NCBI GenBank assembly: GCA_022848805.1
Contig: JAJISI010000001.1
Span: forward strand, 1-54,445
DNA from: Thermoplasmatota archaeon
GTDB taxonomy: Archaea > Thermoplasmatota > Thermoplasmata > UBA10834
Length of the DNA stretch: 54,445 bases
Direction of reading: 5' to 3'
Shown: piece after piece, positions 50,538 to 54,445 of the stretch
Layout: every line of letters starts with the position of its first letter
How positions within the stretch are numbered: position 1 is the first letter of the stretch
Translations under genes and position numbers: made by a program
Notes under the pieces: generated by a model
Database searches by the model: none
Told to the model about the DNA's origin: nothing
What the model saw: only the letters and a program-made list of their open reading frames with translations

Positions 50538-53500
50538 CTACACAGCCTCCTGCGGTTCCCCGGGCACGTGCTCATCCGGGGCTTGTTCGATGTCGATCTC
50601 CGCGCCAACGTTCGGCTTCATGACCACATCCGAGACGCCCTCGCGTTGCATCGTCACCCCGATGATGTGGTCCGCCTCGTTCAGTGTGACTTTCCTGAGG
50701 GATATCTGGATGAATTGCGCGTTCTTCGAGCTCCTTCTCACTGCCCTCGACACGTGCTCTGCGTTCACGCCGTCGAGAAACATGTCGACCTCGTCAAGGA
50801 GATAGAACGGCGACGGCTCGTAGACTTGTATGGCGAATATGAACGAGAGGGCCGTCATACTCTTCTCTCCTCCGGAGAGCGCCTCCATCCTGACAAACTT
50901 CTTGTCCTTGGGTCGTGCCTTGATTATCAGTCCGCCGGACAACGGGTCCTCCTCGTTCTCGAGGAGTAACTCCGCCTCTCCGCCTCCGGAAAGCTCGGCG
51001 AAGATCTTCTTGAAGTTGTCGCTTATCCCCACGAATATTCTCTGGAACCCTATCTTCTTCTTGGTGTTGATCCCGTCGACTAGCTTGATGAGGTTGGTCT
51101 TCTGCTTTGTCAGCTGTGCGACCTCCGCCTTGATCTCGTCGAACCTCGACTTCTTCTCCTCGTATTCGTCGATTGCCTTGAGGTTGACCGCCCCGAGTGA
51201 GTTCATGCGCCTCTCGCACTCTGCCACGGACTTTCTGAGGTCGTCCATCGGAGGCAACGACTCTGGCAATTTCGTGGATGAATACTGTGCGACATCCACC
51301 TCTGCCTCCTTCAATCTCCCCCCGGTCTCGCCGAGCTTCGCCTGCAGACTGAGGACGAAATCGCCGTTCGTCTGGATCTTCGTCTGTGTCTTCTCTATCG
51401 AGGCCTCTGTCTCCGTCTTCCTCTTGTAAAAGGTGTCCCTCTTGTTCCTCAGAGTGTTGAGCTTGTCGCCCATGGAGCGTTCGATGCTAAGCAGGGCCTT
51501 GAGCTCGGTCTCGTACTCCACTTGGCTCTTCGCACTCTCTTTGCCTTTTGCTTTGAGCTCCTTCACCCTGCTGTCAACGCTCTCGATGGACTCCTCTATC
51601 TCCCTGCTTCTGGCGCCGACCAGCTCGATCTGCTTCGTCAGTGTCTGAATGTCCGAGTTAAGGTGCGCGGTCTCGTTCGAGAGCTCCAGAATCTGCTTCT
51701 CCACCTGTTTGAGCCTCTGCGAGAGCTCCGTGGGCGTGACCTCCATGAGCTTCTTGTCCTTCGCGCTCTTGGTCCCTCGTATCTTCTCGAGCTCCTCCTG
51801 GAGGTGCGTCATGTCTTGTTTGATCTTCTCGATGAGGTCGAGACAGTCAGAGTGCTCCTTGTTCTTCGCCTCTACCTCCTTCACGACGGAGTCGAGCTTC
51901 TGCTGGAACTCCTTCTTCTTGACTTCGAGGGAGCTTATCCTCATGCTCTCCCCACTGTCCTTCGTGGCCGAGTCTCTGATCCTGCTCTCCAGGTTCGGCA
52001 GGGTCGAGCGAAGCTCCGCCAGCTCGACCTGGATTCTCTCGGACTGCTCGGTCGCCTCCCTGAGCTCGGCGGCCTTCTTCTCTATCCTGCTTTCGGAAGG
52101 TGCCCCGAACTTGACGAGTTTGGAGTTGAGCGTCCCGCCGACCATCGCGCCGCTGGCCTCCGCCAGCTCTCCATCGAGAGTGACGAGCCTCACGCCTCCC
52201 ATCAGTTTCCGCGCCTCTGTTAGGTTCTTGACGACGACGGTGTCCCCGAAGACGAACCAGAACGCCGCTCGGTACTTCTCGTCGAATCTGATGAGGTCTA
52301 TGGCGAACCCTTCCGAGTTTTTGGAGGCCATCGTCGCCTTGCCGCGTGGTCTTCCATCGAGCATCTTGTTGAGTGGAAGGAATGTCGCTCTCCCGAGTTT
52401 GTTCTTCTTGAGGTAGTTTATGCATTCCGAGGCGACCTGGTCCGTGTCAACGACGATCGATTGCATCCGGTTCCCGGCAGCGACGTTGAGCGCTGTCCCG
52501 TACTCGTCATGCACGTCCGCCAACTCGGCTACTGTGCCGTGTATGCCTTTCATCTGGCCCTTGTCCCGCGCCTCAAGGAGTGACATCGTGGCGGAGTTGT
52601 AGCCCTTCCGGACCATATCGGCAGCCTCCGCCTCTGCCTTGAGCTGATTGTACTCTCTTGTGAGCGATTTCACCGCGTTCTCGAGGTCCTGCGCCTGCCC
52701 GAGGAGCTTCTTCTCCCTGTTCCTCTCGGCGTGATATTCCTCCTGCGTCTTCTTCAGCCCCATAGAGGATGTCTTGGTCTCGCTCTTCAGCTCCTTGATG
52801 GACCATTCTGAGTCCTTCAGCTCGAACTCGTAGGTCTTCTTTGTCTCCTCCAAGTTGGCTATGTCTATCTTGGCTCGGGAGAGCCGTTCGTTCAGCCTGT
52901 CCTCCTCAAGTCTGAGGGCGTGGATCTTCTCCTCCTTGGACCCGATGTCCACCCCTAGCCCTAGGACTTCTTTCTGGAGGCTGTTCAACTCGGTATCTGA
53001 TTTGGAGAGCTCATCCTGATGTGTCTCAAGCTCGCCTCTGCATTTGGCGAGTATCTTGGTCTTTTCCCCGTGCTCCTTCTTGAGTGGCTCCAACCGCTGT
53101 TCGAGGGATGTGAGGTCGCCCCTCACCGCTTTGAGGTCCTCGGTGTGTGCCTTGCGTGCCTCCTTGAGCGACTCGACCATGTCCTCGGAGTTCGTGCACG
53201 CGTCCTTCGAGCGCGCGATCTCGACCCGCAGGTTGTCGACCTTCTCCTTCATCTCTCTGGCTTCCTCACCGCCCCTCTCGTCGATCTCGTTCTCCACATC
53301 CGTCAGATCCGTGGAGATCTCGTCGAACGCCGTCTGGAGCTCCTTCTTCTTCTCCTCGGCTTTCGAACTCTCCTGAGTGTATGTCGTGACCTGCTCCTTG
53401 TACGACGACATCTCCCGCTCTATCCCTTCCATCTTCTTCACAGCGAGGGACGCCCTCGCCGTCGAGAGCGTGTCGTGGAGGTCCTTGTATTTCAGCGCGC

Positions 53501-54146
53501 CCTCCCGGTCGTTCTCGAGCTGCTTCATCTGTTTCTTGACCTCATCCCGTATTATGGATAGCCGGTTGATGTTCTCCTCGGCGCTCAAGCGCTCCTTATC
53601 GGCCGACTGGATGTCCTCATCGAACTTCGTGATGCCTGCGATGCCGTCGAGGATCCTTCGCCTCTCGAGGTTGGTCATCTCAACGATTCTCGTGATGTCC
53701 CCTTGCTGGACGAAATTGTATCCATCTGCGCTGATGCGAGCGTTGGCTAGGAGGTTGTCGAACTCGCCAAGGGATGACTTCCGCTCGTTGACGTAGAAGT
53801 ACGAATAGTACCCCTCTGCTGTGTCTGACAGCTTGACGAGCCTTGTGAGCTTGACGACGTCGGAATCGATCGGGATGAGCCTATCGGAGTTGTCGAAGTA
53901 GAGGCTGACCTTGCATTCCCTGGCCGGCTTCTTCTCCTTCCCTCCGTTGAAGATCAGGTCCGTGAGCCTCCCCGCCCGTATCACTCTCGAGCTCTTAGGC
54001 CCGAGAACGAAGAGTATAGCATCGGATATGTTCGACTTACCCGCCCCGTTCGGGCCCGTGACCGCAGTGTATCCCTCCAGCAGGGGTATCCTCGTCTTCC
54101 TAGCAAATGACTTGAAGTTCTCAAGCTCGATTTCCTTTAGGTGCAT
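50538..54146 (-). CDS. smc: chromosome segregation ATPase SMC
   Basis: 1202 aa. Walker A GPNGAGKSN, long coiled coils, a hinge, LSGGEKSMTAL (signature motif) and FYLLDEVD (Walker B). Confidence 0.9.
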   Translation of the reverse strand: MHLKEIELENFKSFARKTRIPLLEGYTAVTGPNGAGKSNISDAILFVLGPKSSRVIRAGRLTDLIFNGGKEKKPARECKVSLYFDNSDRLIPIDSDVVKLTRLVKLSDTAEGYYSYFYVNERKSSLGEFDNLLANARISADGYNFVQQGDITRIVEMTNLERRRILDGIAGITKFDEDIQSADKERLSAEENINRLSIIRDEVKKQMKQLENDREGALKYKDLHDTLSTARASLAVKKMEGIEREMSSYKEQVTTYTQESSKAEEKKKELQTAFDEISTDLTDVENEIDERGGEEAREMKEKVDNLRVEIARSKDACTNSEDMVESLKEARKAHTEDLKAVRGDLTSLEQRLEPLKKEHGEKTKILAKCRGELETHQDELSKSDTELNSLQKEVLGLGVDIGSKEEKIHALRLEEDRLNERLSRAKIDIANLEETKKTYEFELKDSEWSIKELKSETKTSSMGLKKTQEEYHAERNREKKLLGQAQDLENAVKSLTREYNQLKAEAEAADMVRKGYNSATMSLLEARDKGQMKGIHGTVAELADVHDEYGTALNVAAGNRMQSIVVDTDQVASECINYLKKNKLGRATFLPLNKMLDGRPRGKATMASKNSEGFAIDLIRFDEKYRAAFWFVFGDTVVVKNLTEARKLMGGVRLVTLDGELAEASGAMVGGTLNSKLVKFGAPSESRIEKKAAELREATEQSERIQVELAELRSTLPNLESRIRDSATKDSGESMRISSLEVKKKEFQQKLDSVVKEVEAKNKEHSDCLDLIEKIKQDMTHLQEELEKIRGTKSAKDKKLMEVTPTELSQRLKQVEKQILELSNETAHLNSDIQTLTKQIELVGARSREIEESIESVDSRVKELKAKGKESAKSQVEYETELKALLSIERSMGDKLNTLRNKRDTFYKRKTETEASIEKTQTKIQTNGDFVLSLQAKLGETGGRLKEAEVDVAQYSSTKLPESLPPMDDLRKSVAECERRMNSLGAVNLKAIDEYEEKKSRFDEIKAEVAQLTKQKTNLIKLVDGINTKKKIGFQRIFVGISDNFKKIFAELSGGGEAELLLENEEDPLSGGLIIKARPKDKKFVRMEALSGGEKSMTALSFIFAIQVYEPSPFYLLDEVDMFLDGVNAEHVSRAVRRSSKNAQFIQISLRKVTLNEADHIIGVTMQREGVSDVVMKPNVGAEIDIEQAPDEHVPGEPQEAV

Positions 54147-54297
54147 CGCAACCGACCCCGTTGGGGACGAGAAAACCGGCCGTGGTTAGATAGCCTAATG
54201 CACGCTGTTCTCTGCATCCCATCCCATGAGTCCGACAGATGTCGGACAGCTAGTAAAAATGGTCTGGAGAGTATATAATACTTCTCGCCAGCAGTGG

Positions 54298-54445
54298 TCA
54301 GGTAGGGCCCAGGAGGGCCCTATATACACTGATAAGCGCAGTCTTCGACGAGCTCCACGAGAGATGCTGCTCGAAGTACTCCCTTCCTCTTCTTCCCATC
54401 TCCTGCAGCTTCGCCCCAGATTTGGATGCCTCTCGGATCGTCCGG
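54298..54445 (-). CDS. C-terminal end of a probable GT4-type glycosyltransferase (partial; gene continues beyond the window)
   Basis: The minus frame reads ...RTIREASKSGAKLQEMGRRGREYFEQHLSWSSSKTALISVYRALLGPT-stop (TGA at 54300-54298). This is the typical tail of GT1/GT4 glycosyltransferases. Confidence 0.5.
   Translation of the reverse strand, partial: RTIREASKSGAKLQEMGRRGREYFEQHLSWSSSKTALISVYRALLGPT

Noticed and set aside
1-54445. CRISPR arrays, IS elements or transposases, integrases, toxin-antitoxin or known defence-system genes, rRNA genes, inteins
   Set aside because: I scanned the intergenic regions and the ORF translations and found no tandem repeat-spacer structure, no DDE/tyrosine/serine recombinase motifs, no large insertions in conserved proteins and no rRNA-like segments. 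A by-eye scan cannot exclude short or degenerate elements.

Overview
This is a gene-dense archaeal chromosome segment. Archaeal markers present are TBP, Nop5, aIF5A, Csl4, Nob1, an Sm protein, KptA, SMC-ScpA-ScpB, and a tRNA-Val with a BRE/TATA-type promoter. I support about 55 protein genes and one tRNA. I saw no rRNA, CRISPR array, transposase or recognisable integrase. All calls come from reading the supplied ORF translations and the DNA by eye; no searches or statistics were run, and family assignments rest on remembered motifs. The main theme is anaerobic energy metabolism, in four parts. (1) A tightly overlapping minus-strand operon hdrA(short)-hdrA(long)-mvhD-FeS-fdhA, convergent with an OFA-type MFS transporter whose first helix is interrupted by an in-frame TAG. 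(2) An orphan hdrD-like CCG protein, mobB and a B12-type radical SAM gene. (3) A complex-I-like operon nuoA-B-C-D-H-I-J1-J2-K-L-M-N with no NADH or F420 input module, in which NuoI carries four extra Fe-S motifs. (4) Directly downstream, a quinone side-chain module: a menA-like gene, a long-chain polyprenyl synthase, ubiE/menG, and a GGR-family reductase with no canonical start codon before its FAD motif. The rest is housekeeping: uppS, Lrp, an E1-like adenylyltransferase plus a PP-loop-only ThiI, glyA, csl4, an RNA methylase, tbp, GNAT, nspC, mtnA, nop5, aIF5A-speB, glmM, PhoU-like plus PitA, a sugar nucleotidyltransferase, Sm and smc-scpAB. The items most worth a second look are: the formate-Hdr-like module lacking hdrBC/fdhB; the polyferredoxin-extended NuoI; a Rab/Ras-like small GTPase divergently paired with a coiled-coil protein; a TiaS kinase-domain paralog with a novel N-terminus; and a 24-nt copy of the tRNA-Val 3' end lying 1.8 kb from the tRNA and bracketing nspC. 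First genes of transcription units typically have a TATA-like box about 25-29 nt upstream of the start codon (leaderless). Internal genes use GGAGG-like SD sequences and often GTG or TTG starts. The taxon cannot be fixed from this window. The content resembles a Thermoplasmata-like euryarchaeon, and no methanogenesis marker genes are present.
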